A stretch of 64,000 nt of DNA from a virus: positions 1 through 64,000 of the IMG/VR virus record IMGVR_UViG_3300007609_000010. One strand, 5' to 3'. Positions 7,193-17,630 of this stretch are shown here, in pieces. Numbering within the stretch: position 1 is the stretch's first letter; every line of letters begins with the position of its first letter. A program made the position numbers and the translations under genes. Below the pieces are notes generated by a model. The model had not been told where the DNA came from. It saw only the letters and a program-made list of their open reading frames with translations, and made no database searches.

Positions 7193-7999
7193 ATGGCCAC
7201 TAATAATGCTACAGATATAATTCGTCAGAAGTACAGTTTTGACTCTGCAAATGCCAGTCAAATTAACAATGACTCCAAGCAATTTAACAGTGGGTCCTAT
7301 GGCGAAGAACCTTCTACACGTCAACAAGCATTAAGAGATACTGGTGTTCCTCCGGGAGCTAATCCCACTGCTGCAAAAGCCGAAGTTGCAAAAACTCCGC
7401 AGTCTAGAGAAATAGATTGGCGAGTAAGTTTGCAAGTTCCTACGGAAATTAACAGTGGTCCTGTTTTATCACCGCTAAGAGAAACCAGTAACAAAATGGT
7501 ATTTCCTTTTAACCCTACTATTATTTTAGGACATTCGGCAAATTACGATAGCATTACTCCAACACATAATAATTATCCATTTAATGCATATCAAAGCAGT
7601 CAAGTTGATCAATTTACAATTTCCGGAAGTTTTATTGCGGAAAATTCCGCAGATGCAGCATACTGGATTGCGGCAATACACTTTTTAAGAACAATGACAA
7701 AGATGTTTTATGGAAATGGCAGTAATGTAGGAAAGCCGCCTCCCATGTCAAGGCTGAACGGGTATGGTAAACACGTTTTCAATAATATTCCTGTTCTTAT
7801 AACTAACTTTACAACAGATCTACCACAGGATATTGACTATATTCCCTGTATCGTAGACGGTGAAACAAATTATGTGCCTGTTGAAAGCTTGATCACTGTG
7901 AATTGTGTACCAAACTATGCAAGAACCAGTGTGAGTAAATTCAATCTAAGAGAATTTGCCGAAGGCAAATTTGTTGGCGGCAATGAAGGATTCGTTTAA
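7193..7999 (+). CDS. Baseplate tail-tube initiator / tube-like protein (gp48/gp54 or CIS tube family)
   Basis: MVFPFNPTI, HFLRTMTKMFYG, PPP..RLNGYG..VFNNIPV motifs; first gene of the baseplate operon. Confidence 0.65.
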   Translation: MATNNATDIIRQKYSFDSANASQINNDSKQFNSGSYGEEPSTRQQALRDTGVPPGANPTAAKAEVAKTPQSREIDWRVSLQVPTEINSGPVLSPLRETSNKMVFPFNPTIILGHSANYDSITPTHNNYPFNAYQSSQVDQFTISGSFIAENSADAAYWIAAIHFLRTMTKMFYGNGSNVGKPPPMSRLNGYGKHVFNNIPVLITNFTTDLPQDIDYIPCIVDGETNYVPVESLITVNCVPNYARTSVSKFNLREFAEGKFVGGNEGFV

Positions 8000-8292
8000 T
8001 GGCAAATCTAAGCGTATATTCTAATACAGAAATAACACCACAGGGATATCTAGGAGTTTTTGTTCCACAACCTATACCGGCTTCACGTGACGATATAGAA
8101 TTTACAATTCTTGCTCAATATTCTTATAGACCTGATCTTCTTGCATTTGATCTGTATGGAACCAAAGACCTATGGTGGGTATTTGCCCAAAGAAATATGG
8201 ATGTGTTAAAAGATCCTGTGTTTGATTTCATAGCAGGCACAAAAATTTACCTTCCACAAGAACAGAATCTCAGAAAAAGATTAGGATTCTAA
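7999..8292 (+). CDS. gp53-like baseplate wedge protein (LysM-like)
   Basis: YRPDLLAFDLYGTKDLWWVF motif. Confidence 0.8.
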   Translation: MANLSVYSNTEITPQGYLGVFVPQPIPASRDDIEFTILAQYSYRPDLLAFDLYGTKDLWWVFAQRNMDVLKDPVFDFIAGTKIYLPQEQNLRKRLGF

Positions 8293-8293
8293 T

Positions 8294-11200
8294 ATGTCAA
8301 AGCGTTTACCTATAAACAGCAAGTTCAATGTCGATAATATCGGTGTTGATGACATAAACGGATGGATTAACACAGCAGAATCTTTGGCAAGAAATTCCGG
8401 CTATAACACGGTGGGTAAATTTTCAACAATTCGCACCGTTACTAAATCTGTAAGCGAAATCACCGATGTTTTGCCTGCCACCCCTAGAACAGACAGATCA
8501 GTTGCTAATAGACAACCGGGTGTAGTCAGCAATTTTCCAAATTACAATCGCAGTGTTGTAAATTCCGCCGACAAAATCATTCAAGATCTAAATCAAGAAA
8601 CCGGCGGCTCTACAGGAGTAATTGATTCCAGAGGAAAAACATTATCCAGTGCAATGGGCAGTGTTACAGATGACGATACTGGCATAGAATACGACAGAAA
8701 AAAAGAAAACAACGGAAGAGCATCAAATGCCGCCACTTCTTTGAGCAGTAATTTAAGTGTTGTGCCCAGAAGCTTCAACGATTTAAACACAGCATACACA
8801 TCTCCGTTAACCAATGCGTTTGATTCCGGCAGAAATAGATTTCAAGATTTAGTTAATGGCACTTTGGCAAAAGTAGATCCAAATTTAGAAGCTGCTGCTG
8901 CTATAGGATTTGCAGTTGCCACAAACGAAGGCGGCATCAAAAGTCTTACAAAAAGATCCGGGTCAACAGCTGCCCTTGTGGGAATTCTTACAGGCAAAGT
9001 TGATTCGGTTACAGCGTCACAAAAAATAAGACAGATAACCTATCCTGAACGACGCAGAATGTCAACCACAGTGTCTAATGTTACTCGTCCATTCTCTGAA
9101 ATAGACAGAGATTTGTCCAGAGCAATATCAAATCCAATCGATGCTTTAGGGCGTGCCACTGGCACAGACACCCGTGCAATCAAATTAGGCACAGGCATAG
9201 CCAAAGAGCTGGGAGTATTTGGTAGCCAACCTTCTATTGGTCCTAGAAACGGATCACAGAACGACAGAAATTACAACACTGTGTTAAGTAGCGGCAATAA
9301 TTTTGAACAGCCTTCCGCTGTTAATGACCCTAGAATACAAAACATTATAGGAAGCAAAAATGCTGCTCTGATAAGTTCGGGTGCAAGCAACACAGACGAT
9401 CCTGTGCAAAATTTATCAGTGTTAGGAAAAAGTCTAGCTGATAATTACGAACTAGACAAAACAAGGGTGTATGATTATTCCCAAAAAGAAGTAGCCAGCT
9501 TTGTGGGAGGAGACTTGGATCAAATCAATGACAGAATAAAGTCCGAAGTTGCTGCCACAGAAGAAGAATTGGCAGGTTTTTCACAGCCAAGAGGCACCAT
9601 ACAAAAACAAGCAGAAGCACTGCGTTCACTGGGACAGCCTGAAAAGCAAGGTAACGACGGCAGCACCAAATTTGGAAATCAACTTGCCAAATATAACACT
9701 TACAATTATGTTCTTACCCTTGGAATTCTAAATGCAGAAGAATTTAACAATCCAAAATCGCTAGGCGAAAGAGGATTCAGCCAAATTATCGCAAAAAGCG
9801 GTGGCGGCGAGTTAGAAAAAAGAATTACAACCCTAGAAGAAGATGGACTTAGCCGCGAACTAGGCGGAACTGCACACGCAGAATACTTTATTGATGATTT
9901 AGAAATAGATGTTGTAATTGCACCCAGTCAAAACACGGGTGTGGGTGTAGGAACCAATATAACTTTCAATCTAATCGAACCATACAGCATGGGCAAATTC
10001 CTAGAAGCAATTAAACTTGCTTCAGAGGAACTGGGATTCAAAAATTTCTCCAAAGTGCCATTCTGCTTGAGAATTGAATTCAAAGGTTACGACCAGTACG
10101 GAAAGCCTGTTGCAGATTCTAGCACTATTAAACCTAGATACTTCCCCATAATGATCAACAATGTAGAGTTTGAAGTTAGTGGACAAGGAAGCACATACGG
10201 AGTGAGTGCTGTTGCTTATAATGATGTCCCCCATGAAGACATGATAAACTCAGTCAAAACAGATGTTAAAAGCAGCGGAAGGCTGGTCCACGAAGTTCTA
10301 GAAAATTCATTGGAAAGTGTTGCCCGTAACATTAATTCTCATGTGGAAACACTCGAAGAAGAAAAGAAAATTGCAGGTTATGATAGGGTTCTTATATTAT
10401 TCCCCAAAGACAAAAAAGCAATTCCAGAAGCAGTCAATGGAACAGGTGTAAATCAACAAGATTTAATCACAGTGCAGGATCAAGAAACCATAAGACGTGG
10501 TACAACGGAAAAAGCAGAAGTTGATGATCCGGACACTGTTCAGGTAAACAAAGAAAACCTGTTTTCGTCTCCGCCTAAAGTTTATAAAACACTGAAAGCA
10601 TGGAGCATGAACAAAAACAATGTAAACGAATTAGGACTTAGTCCTGTTGCGGTTGATTCTAACCAACCCAAAGGTGCTGACTTTCCTTCGGCAGCACAAT
10701 CCAATGATCCGGAAACACAAATAAACGACCCAAGCAAAGCTGAAACAGCTCCGCCTGTTAAATCAGCAGTTTTTCAATATGAGCAAGGCACGCGAATCAC
10801 AGAAATCATTGAAGATGTTCTACTAAGCAGTCAGTATGCGTTTGATGCGCCTGGTGAAAAGAGGGAAGACGGTAAGAAAAAATGGTTCAAAATTGAAACT
10901 TACACGTTTATTGAAACAGACGAAAAAGTAGAAGAGTCAATAGGCCGTCCCCGAATGACATATGTTTACAGTGTTATTCCTTATTATCCAGACGAAGCCA
11001 AATTCCAAGGAACCAAAGAAGCTCCAACAAACACCAAAGAATTAAAAGCAGTTGCGTTGAAAGAATATGATTACATTTACACTGGAAAAAATCAAGATAT
11101 TATCGACTTTGATATTAACTTTAACAATGCGTTTTTCCAGTTGGTTATGAGTGATTTAAACAAAGGTAACAGCAAGCCCGGCAATAGCACCAAAGGAACA

Positions 11201-11965
11201 GAAGAACAACCTGAACCTGCACTTACCACAGAAAAATCTGAAACAAATAACGAACAAGGTGGGAGCGTTTCTTTAAGTCCAAGACTGGACAGAGTTATAC
11301 CTAAAGGACAGCAGCTTGGACCGGAAAATTCTGCCAAACGTAGAATGGCAGAGCAATTCCATGACAGACTTATCAATTCAGAAGTTGACATGATAACCGC
11401 AAACATGCAAATTTGGGGAGATCCTTTTTATATTCCAATTGACACAGGAAATAATAGGGACGAAAGAGCAGGACCAAATGCAACCCAAAGCGGCAGCATG
11501 GATTACACTTATCATGAAGTTTGCTGTAATGTAAACTTCCTTACACCTTTGGATTATCCAAATAAACCCGGACATTTTGTAATGGATTTTCCGGAATTAG
11601 TTAGACCGTTTAGCGGATACTTTCAGATATTAGCAGTTACCAATTCATTTAGCGGTGGAAAATTTACCCAAGAACTTAAATTAGTTAGACGCCCTAGACA
11701 AACAGATAAAGAAACGGGCACCAAAGGAGTTACAGGAGGAACCACACTAGGAGGAAGTGCCGGCGATTTTGACGGCGTTTCCTTTGGCGGACGCGGTGAC
11801 GGTAATGCAGAAGTGCAAGCCCGCAAAGAACAAGCCGCTAAAACTAGAAGGCAGACGCAGGCATCCCAACCCGACGTAACTGAAGAAAACTCTAGAGGAA
11901 CTCGATACGAGCAACTGATCGCAAAGAAAAATAAGACCAAAGCAAGAGTGCAAGGACAGCAATGA
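8294..11965 (+). CDS. Baseplate hub protein (gp27/late control D-like) with long N-terminal low-complexity region
   Basis: C-terminal IWGDPFY...FSGYFQILAVTNSFSGGKFTQELKL resembles hub proteins; located between gp53-like and gp5-like genes. Confidence 0.6.
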   Translation: MSKRLPINSKFNVDNIGVDDINGWINTAESLARNSGYNTVGKFSTIRTVTKSVSEITDVLPATPRTDRSVANRQPGVVSNFPNYNRSVVNSADKIIQDLNQETGGSTGVIDSRGKTLSSAMGSVTDDDTGIEYDRKKENNGRASNAATSLSSNLSVVPRSFNDLNTAYTSPLTNAFDSGRNRFQDLVNGTLAKVDPNLEAAAAIGFAVATNEGGIKSLTKRSGSTAALVGILTGKVDSVTASQKIRQITYPERRRMSTTVSNVTRPFSEIDRDLSRAISNPIDALGRATGTDTRAIKLGTGIAKELGVFGSQPSIGPRNGSQNDRNYNTVLSSGNNFEQPSAVNDPRIQNIIGSKNAALISSGASNTDDPVQNLSVLGKSLADNYELDKTRVYDYSQKEVASFVGGDLDQINDRIKSEVAATEEELAGFSQPRGTIQKQAEALRSLGQPEKQGNDGSTKFGNQLAKYNTYNYVLTLGILNAEEFNNPKSLGERGFSQIIAKSGGGELEKRITTLEEDGLSRELGGTAHAEYFIDDLEIDVVIAPSQNTGVGVGTNITFNLIEPYSMGKFLEAIKLASEELGFKNFSKVPFCLRIEFKGYDQYGKPVADSSTIKPRYFPIMINNVEFEVSGQGSTYGVSAVAYNDVPHEDMINSVKTDVKSSGRLVHEVLENSLESVARNINSHVETLEEEKKIAGYDRVLILFPKDKKAIPEAVNGTGVNQQDLITVQDQETIRRGTTEKAEVDDPDTVQVNKENLFSSPPKVYKTLKAWSMNKNNVNELGLSPVAVDSNQPKGADFPSAAQSNDPETQINDPSKAETAPPVKSAVFQYEQGTRITEIIEDVLLSSQYAFDAPGEKREDGKKKWFKIETYTFIETDEKVEESIGRPRMTYVYSVIPYYPDEAKFQGTKEAPTNTKELKAVALKEYDYIYTGKNQDIIDFDINFNNAFFQLVMSDLNKGNSKPGNSTKGTEEQPEPALTTEKSETNNEQGGSVSLSPRLDRVIPKGQQLGPENSAKRRMAEQFHDRLINSEVDMITANMQIWGDPFYIPIDTGNNRDERAGPNATQSGSMDYTYHEVCCNVNFLTPLDYPNKPGHFVMDFPELVRPFSGYFQILAVTNSFSGGKFTQELKLVRRPRQTDKETGTKGVTGGTTLGGSAGDFDGVSFGGRGDGNAEVQARKEQAAKTRRQTQASQPDVTEENSRGTRYEQLIAKKNKTKARVQGQQ

Positions 11966-14346
11966 CAACTACAGTAGTAATTGCATTAGGAACAAATGAT
12001 GACGAAACAACAACATCATTAACCACAGAAAACATAACAAAAATAATAGAATCTCTTACCGTTAGAGGATACGAAACCTTTGTGGTTGTACCGCCTAACA
12101 CTGAAGAATATTCTTCTCAAAACAGTGCAGTTGTGGCAGGTGCAACAGGCGCCACAGTATACGATATTACTGACAAATACAGCATACCAGAACCCAGACA
12201 TTTAACAGCAGAAGCCGCCGCTGAAATACGAAATACATACCCGGATGCCTTGCTTGTTGGCGATCATAATGCAGTAAGAATAAACGGATTTAAGTCAACT
12301 GAAGTAGCAAAAACCACCAGCACATCTGCAGACATATTGCGTCGAGTAGAAGAACAAATGCCCGACCCAACAGACGGTGTTACAGAAGATGCAAATAACG
12401 CTGTAACAATTACTCAGCAAGACAAACAGTTGCTGGATCTTGTAACCAAAACCAACTTAGCAGGTAACACTTATTACTCGTATTATCTTGCACAAAAAGA
12501 ACCTAGACTAACTGAATGGACACTGGAACAGGTGCAGTTGTTTCAAGCAAGATTACTTAAACGAAGCGGCAAGTTAGGAACCAGCAGTGCAGTAGGCAAA
12601 TATCAAATGATAAAGAGTGCACTCAAGAAAGCATACACCTATCTTGGCTTAGACCCAAAAAAAATTAGATTTACCGAAGAAATTCAAGATGCTTTGATGA
12701 TTGCTAGGCTAGAAGACGTAAGAAAGCTTAAAGACTGGAAGGCAGGTAAAATGCCTGACAGTGATTTTTGTATACAACTAGCTATGGAATTTGATGCAGT
12801 GCCTGTTCCTAGACCCATACAGCCTAATGAAGTTAAGCAAGGCGTACCGCCCGTGGCTCTTATGAAAGGACAAAGTTTTTACAGCGGTGAATATATTTTC
12901 ACAGAAGGGCACAACTTAGATTCATTTTTGCAAACACTAAGTGATTTAAGAAAATCAGGACCTGGAAAAGTTTCAAAAGTTGATGTTACACTGGGAAGCA
13001 AAAACAGTGCAGCGCCACCTACTGGACGTTCTTACAAAAGAACTGCTGAAGTTGCAACAACTGGCGGTGACAGAGTATTAGGCGGCCGACGAGTTAATAC
13101 TAACCCTAATGAAAAATTAAATTTACCTGAAGCAGAAAATGTGTTTGAATATCAAAATGTGGATCCACAAGATGACAGGTATGATTTTAGAACAGGAAAG
13201 CAAGTTAAAGACGTAGGAATTAACGAAACTAACCCTGTACTAGAAAAAGAAAATTACACTGTTAGCGGAAATGATCCTTTATTCAATGCAGGAAATGCGC
13301 CTGAATTTACTCCTGTTTCTGCTACATCAATACCACCAAACAATACCATGGTAGATTATGAAACACAAGCACCTATAAATCCTACACAAGAACAAAAAGT
13401 AGAGTCAGCAAAAAAGATAGTGGATGAACTTAAAACACAAGGCATTACAGATCAAAGAGAACAAGCAAATATTCTAGCAGTGGTGGAAAACACCAGTCGG
13501 TTAAGCCATCGCACAACCAAAGTTTATTCTGGAGTAACAAACACAACTATACGCAGTGACTTTGGGTCTAGAGTCGCAAGTTATTCAGACACAGAACTAA
13601 CCAGCCTCAAACAAGATCCCGAAACATTTTATGATGCAGTATATGACGATATCGGAGGCTATGAGTATAGAGGACGCGGATTTATACAGGTAACCGGTAG
13701 AGATAATTATGTAGAACTAGGCGACAAACTCAATATAGATTTAGAAAACAATCCGGATCTTGCATTTGATGAAAACACAAGTGCAAAAATCACCGCAGAT
13801 TTTTATGCAACTCAGGATAACAAAATCAATTTAACCAGTACACGAAATTTGTATACAGCAACTAAAGGATACGATCCTTACATCACTACAGATCCAGTCT
13901 TGAGATCTAAAGGCATAAAAGATCTCAAGAGCATAGATGCACTATCTGATACTTGGTTTGCAGAATTAGAAAGACTAAATCCTACACAACCTCAGACAAA
14001 TACCACAACAAGCTTTGTTCAGCTTGCCGACGGCGGACTAGAAGGAGTGTCAGACAAGCCTTTACCAACTGGCAGAAGTTTACCAAGTCCTAGCAACACT
14101 TTAGAAATTACCCAAAGTATCCAGGATGAAATAGATTCTGTGAATGACAGTGATTATAATGAATTATTAGCGGCTGAATATTTAGGTGAAACGGATACAG
14201 ATATAATAGACATAACAACCGGTGCTTCATTAGGCAAAAAACCTAATCCTAGCAAGATTAAATATGATGTAAACGGAGATATATTTTACGATGATCCTGG
14301 ATTTAAATTTGCAGGTAATGGAAGCGGAGCAATAACGAATGTATAG
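11962..14346 (+). CDS. Tail-associated protein with SGNH-like, lysozyme-like and GH19-like domains
   Basis: VVIALGTND and VGDHN (SGNH blocks), SSAVGKYQMI (lysozyme-like), YRGRGFIQVTGRDNY...NPDL (GH19). Confidence 0.7.
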   Translation: MTTTVVIALGTNDDETTTSLTTENITKIIESLTVRGYETFVVVPPNTEEYSSQNSAVVAGATGATVYDITDKYSIPEPRHLTAEAAAEIRNTYPDALLVGDHNAVRINGFKSTEVAKTTSTSADILRRVEEQMPDPTDGVTEDANNAVTITQQDKQLLDLVTKTNLAGNTYYSYYLAQKEPRLTEWTLEQVQLFQARLLKRSGKLGTSSAVGKYQMIKSALKKAYTYLGLDPKKIRFTEEIQDALMIARLEDVRKLKDWKAGKMPDSDFCIQLAMEFDAVPVPRPIQPNEVKQGVPPVALMKGQSFYSGEYIFTEGHNLDSFLQTLSDLRKSGPGKVSKVDVTLGSKNSAAPPTGRSYKRTAEVATTGGDRVLGGRRVNTNPNEKLNLPEAENVFEYQNVDPQDDRYDFRTGKQVKDVGINETNPVLEKENYTVSGNDPLFNAGNAPEFTPVSATSIPPNNTMVDYETQAPINPTQEQKVESAKKIVDELKTQGITDQREQANILAVVENTSRLSHRTTKVYSGVTNTTIRSDFGSRVASYSDTELTSLKQDPETFYDAVYDDIGGYEYRGRGFIQVTGRDNYVELGDKLNIDLENNPDLAFDENTSAKITADFYATQDNKINLTSTRNLYTATKGYDPYITTDPVLRSKGIKDLKSIDALSDTWFAELERLNPTQPQTNTTTSFVQLADGGLEGVSDKPLPTGRSLPSPSNTLEITQSIQDEIDSVNDSDYNELLAAEYLGETDTDIIDITTGASLGKKPNPSKIKYDVNGDIFYDDPGFKFAGNGSGAITNV

Positions 14347-17125
14347 TTATTCTAGAACCAGGGTTAAAGATGCACCTATAAGAGGATCAGGTCCTTACGA
14401 AGCAATGATAGTAAATCATCTTGACCCTTATATGCAAGGCAGTTTAGAGGTAGAATTACTCAGACAAAGCAGTGCGGCTAATACTCCGGAACGCAGCGGA
14501 CAGTTAGTTGTTGTGAAGTATCTATCGCCGTTTTATGGAGTCACCCCTGCCAGCGGACTTAAAGAAAACGACGGTTATGAAAATACCCAAAAGAGTTATG
14601 GCTTCTGGGCTGTGCCACCAGACTTTGGCACACGAGTTTTAGTGATATTTGCTGAAGGCAATCCTGCATACGGATACTGGATAGGGTGTATCCAAGACAA
14701 CAACATGAATTTCATGGTTCCAGATGGCAGAGCAAGCACAACGGCTACCACTGATGCAACTCCTGGAGACTTACAAGGTAAGAAATTGCCTGTAGGCGAA
14801 TATAACAAAAAACTAGAAACTGGCGCAAAAATTGATCCTAACTTTTTTGATAAACCATACAACAAAGATTTCACAGGTGTATTAACAGTTCAAGGACTGT
14901 TAGATGACGAAGCCCGCGGTACAACCACAACAAGTTCTAGAAGGGAAGTGCCTAGTATGGTATTTGGCATGAGCACACCTGGACCACTTGACAAACGTAA
15001 AGGTGCGCCCAAGGCAAAGTACGGAGAAAGCATCGGCGGAGCAGACATACCATACAATCGTCTAGGTGGTTCCAGCTTTGTAATGGATGACGGAGATGAC
15101 AAATTTATCCGTGCTACCCATGCAGAAGACGGTCCTCCTATATACATAAACCGTATAAGAAAAGAAGGCGGTGGCGACGAAACAATTCCCCAAAATGAAT
15201 TAACCAGAATTCGCACACGAACAGGACATCAAATACTTTTACATAACTCAGAAGATTTAATCTACATAGGAAATTCACGCGGCACTGCATGGATTGAATT
15301 AACGTCAGATGGTAAAATAGATATTCATGCACAAGACAGCATTTCTGTTATGAGTGACAATGATATAAACTTCACAGCAGAACGAGATTTTAATGTCGAT
15401 GCTGGTAGAAATGTAAACATAAAAGCCAGTGCTCGTTGGAGTGATTTCAAGAGCGTTGAAGAAGATTTGGAAAGCGGCAGGGTACAGATAGAAAGTGCGT
15501 ATAACACCAATTTACATGTTGGTAGAGATCACAAAGTCACTGTGAAAAGAGATAGACATTTGTATGTAGAAAATGAATATAAATCAAATGTAGGTGGTAG
15601 CATCAACATTGGCGGAGGCGGAGACATGATGATGAAAACCGCCGGTAGCGTGCATACCAATGCCGGCGGTAGTGTGTTTACCACCAGTGACGGAAGCACA
15701 CATAACATCACCGCAGGCAACGTCTATACCAAAGTGGAAGGTAAAATGCATGTGCGTGCTGGCGAAAGCATTCAAACTAACGCAGGCACAGATATTCACA
15801 CCATTGCCGGCAACAACATGTACACACGTACAATAACCGGAGCTATACATACCACCGCTGAAACAGCAGTTTTCAATGAAACTATTTTGGCAGAGCCCAC
15901 AAACGGGGAAATATTAGGAATTCACAACACCACACCGGCTGCAATGTTTTCTAATGCACTGCTAGGAATAAACAGCATCACACCTGCAGATATAAGGATG
16001 AAAGCAGATACTGAAATACATCTACAAGGCGGTAGTTTAATTTCGGGAGATGCAAGCGAAGTGCATTGGAACAGTGGTAAAACTGTAGACGCACTTCCTG
16101 CGATTCCTGCAGAAGATCCTGTACCAGCAGAATTTGCATTCCAAGCAGAAGATCCAAAGTCAGATGCCGAGCCGGTTAAGCCGCTACCCACAATCACATT
16201 GCCATATGTAATGCCAGGTGTGGATCAACCTATACCATATCCTAGCATTCTTGCCAGAGCACCTCAGCACGAACCTTGGCCACATCATGAAAACTATAAT
16301 CCGCTTCAATTTAAGAGGGACCAAACTGACAGAGAAGCAACAGGAGCTCTTGTAACTGCTGATAGATTCCAAACTCCAGACACGTTCTTGAAAGGCAAAA
16401 CCAACGGAGAAACCACTGTGCGTGTTATGGGTACAGGCGGTAATCTAAGTTCGCAAAATGTACCAGAAGAAGGTGACGGTTCTGGATCTGATTATAGAAA
16501 CAGTGATAGTTTTGATGATTCTGCAGCTATAGGTGAAGGACAGGTTGATCCAAGATTAAAGAGCAAGTCTGAAATAAGTGGTGACACTGACTTCGGTGCT
16601 CCTGGCGTTGATAAAGAAGAATTAGTTTATGAAAATCGGAATGCCACCCGCAATCTTGCTTGTGATCCTATACTAGAAGAATTATTAATCAAAGTAGCTA
16701 AAGAATTACAAGTGAAAGTGCATATCACCAGCGGCGGACAAATGCCTTATGATGAATGTATTGCACGTGGCGGATATAAAGCGCAGAATTCTAAGAAATG
16801 GTATGTGGGCGGCAAAGCTGTCAGAACAGGTTCTGTAAGACACGATGGCGGAGCAGCTTGTGACTTATACCTTACAAAAGACGGTATTCAAATCCCCAGC
16901 AACAATCCTATATTCAATAAGTTCGTGGAATTGTTTATGAAAAACGGCGGCCGAGCAGGAGGATCAAGTCCTTCGTATATGGGTCCTTATGTAATGCACC
17001 TTGATATTGTTGGTTCAGATAGAGGCGGTGGCGTTGTGTGGTTAAGCACTAGAGAATTTGAACGTGCACTGCGCAAAGGTCTATCACAGCAAACTGTACC
17101 GCTTCGTCCTGGTACGGTTGCCTAG
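14339..17125 (+). CDS. gp5/VgrG-like baseplate hub spike with C-terminal zinc peptidase (M15-like) domain
   Basis: N-terminal OB-fold (DPYMQGSLEV, SYGFWAVPPD.GTRVLV.F), RTRTGHQILL, beta-helix repeats, PQHEPWPHHE, and C-terminal SVRHDGGAACDL...MHLD. Confidence 0.8.
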   Translation: MYSYSRTRVKDAPIRGSGPYEAMIVNHLDPYMQGSLEVELLRQSSAANTPERSGQLVVVKYLSPFYGVTPASGLKENDGYENTQKSYGFWAVPPDFGTRVLVIFAEGNPAYGYWIGCIQDNNMNFMVPDGRASTTATTDATPGDLQGKKLPVGEYNKKLETGAKIDPNFFDKPYNKDFTGVLTVQGLLDDEARGTTTTSSRREVPSMVFGMSTPGPLDKRKGAPKAKYGESIGGADIPYNRLGGSSFVMDDGDDKFIRATHAEDGPPIYINRIRKEGGGDETIPQNELTRIRTRTGHQILLHNSEDLIYIGNSRGTAWIELTSDGKIDIHAQDSISVMSDNDINFTAERDFNVDAGRNVNIKASARWSDFKSVEEDLESGRVQIESAYNTNLHVGRDHKVTVKRDRHLYVENEYKSNVGGSINIGGGGDMMMKTAGSVHTNAGGSVFTTSDGSTHNITAGNVYTKVEGKMHVRAGESIQTNAGTDIHTIAGNNMYTRTITGAIHTTAETAVFNETILAEPTNGEILGIHNTTPAAMFSNALLGINSITPADIRMKADTEIHLQGGSLISGDASEVHWNSGKTVDALPAIPAEDPVPAEFAFQAEDPKSDAEPVKPLPTITLPYVMPGVDQPIPYPSILARAPQHEPWPHHENYNPLQFKRDQTDREATGALVTADRFQTPDTFLKGKTNGETTVRVMGTGGNLSSQNVPEEGDGSGSDYRNSDSFDDSAAIGEGQVDPRLKSKSEISGDTDFGAPGVDKEELVYENRNATRNLACDPILEELLIKVAKELQVKVHITSGGQMPYDECIARGGYKAQNSKKWYVGGKAVRTGSVRHDGGAACDLYLTKDGIQIPSNNPIFNKFVELFMKNGGRAGGSSPSYMGPYVMHLDIVGSDRGGGVVWLSTREFERALRKGLSQQTVPLRPGTVA

Positions 17126-17126
17126 G

Positions 17127-17132
17127 TAAATA
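17127..17132 (+). promoter_or_regulatory. Late promoter core TAAATA, 5 nt upstream of ATG
   Basis: ggTAAATAgtactATG (ATG at 17138) with no Shine-Dalgarno. Confidence 0.55.
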
Positions 17133-17137
17133 GTACT

Positions 17138-17578
17138 ATGAGCACTTTAGAAAAAAATCTTTACAAAAGAATAATTGTTCCGGGCAAACCACAGCCTAAT
17201 AAATCTGGTACAGCATATCGGGGTTTTTCTACACTTAACCCTAATTCTAAGGAATATGCTCTTTACGATTTTGAACTAGTCAAACAGGATCTAATAAATC
17301 ACTTCCATATACGTCAGGGAGAAAAGTTAAGTGACCCCGAGTTTGGGACAATTATCTGGGACCTTCTATGGGAACCATTCACCGACGAAGTAAGAGATGC
17401 TATTCTTGATAATGTCACAGAAATTTGTAATTATGATCCTAGACTGCAAGTCACACAAATTCTTGTTGACACCTATGAAAATGGCATAGAAGTCAATTGT
17501 TTTCTTACCTATGTTCCGTTCAATCTTTCAGAACAACTACAGTTCAAATTTGACCAAGCAAATGCTCCAGTAAATTAA
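17138..17578 (+). CDS. gp25-like baseplate wedge protein
   Basis: LVKQDLINHFHIRQGEKLSDPEFGTIIWDLLWEP...YDPRL. Confidence 0.85.
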   Translation: MSTLEKNLYKRIIVPGKPQPNKSGTAYRGFSTLNPNSKEYALYDFELVKQDLINHFHIRQGEKLSDPEFGTIIWDLLWEPFTDEVRDAILDNVTEICNYDPRLQVTQILVDTYENGIEVNCFLTYVPFNLSEQLQFKFDQANAPVN

Positions 17579-17600
17579 ATGCTAGTTTAATTTTTGCTGA

Positions 17601-17606
17601 TAAATA
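17601..17606 (+). promoter_or_regulatory. Late promoter core TAAATA
   Basis: Intergenic gaTAAATAtc upstream of the gp6-like gene, followed by an AAGGA RBS. Confidence 0.55.
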
Positions 17607-17630
17607 TCTTATATTATAAGGAATATCTAT

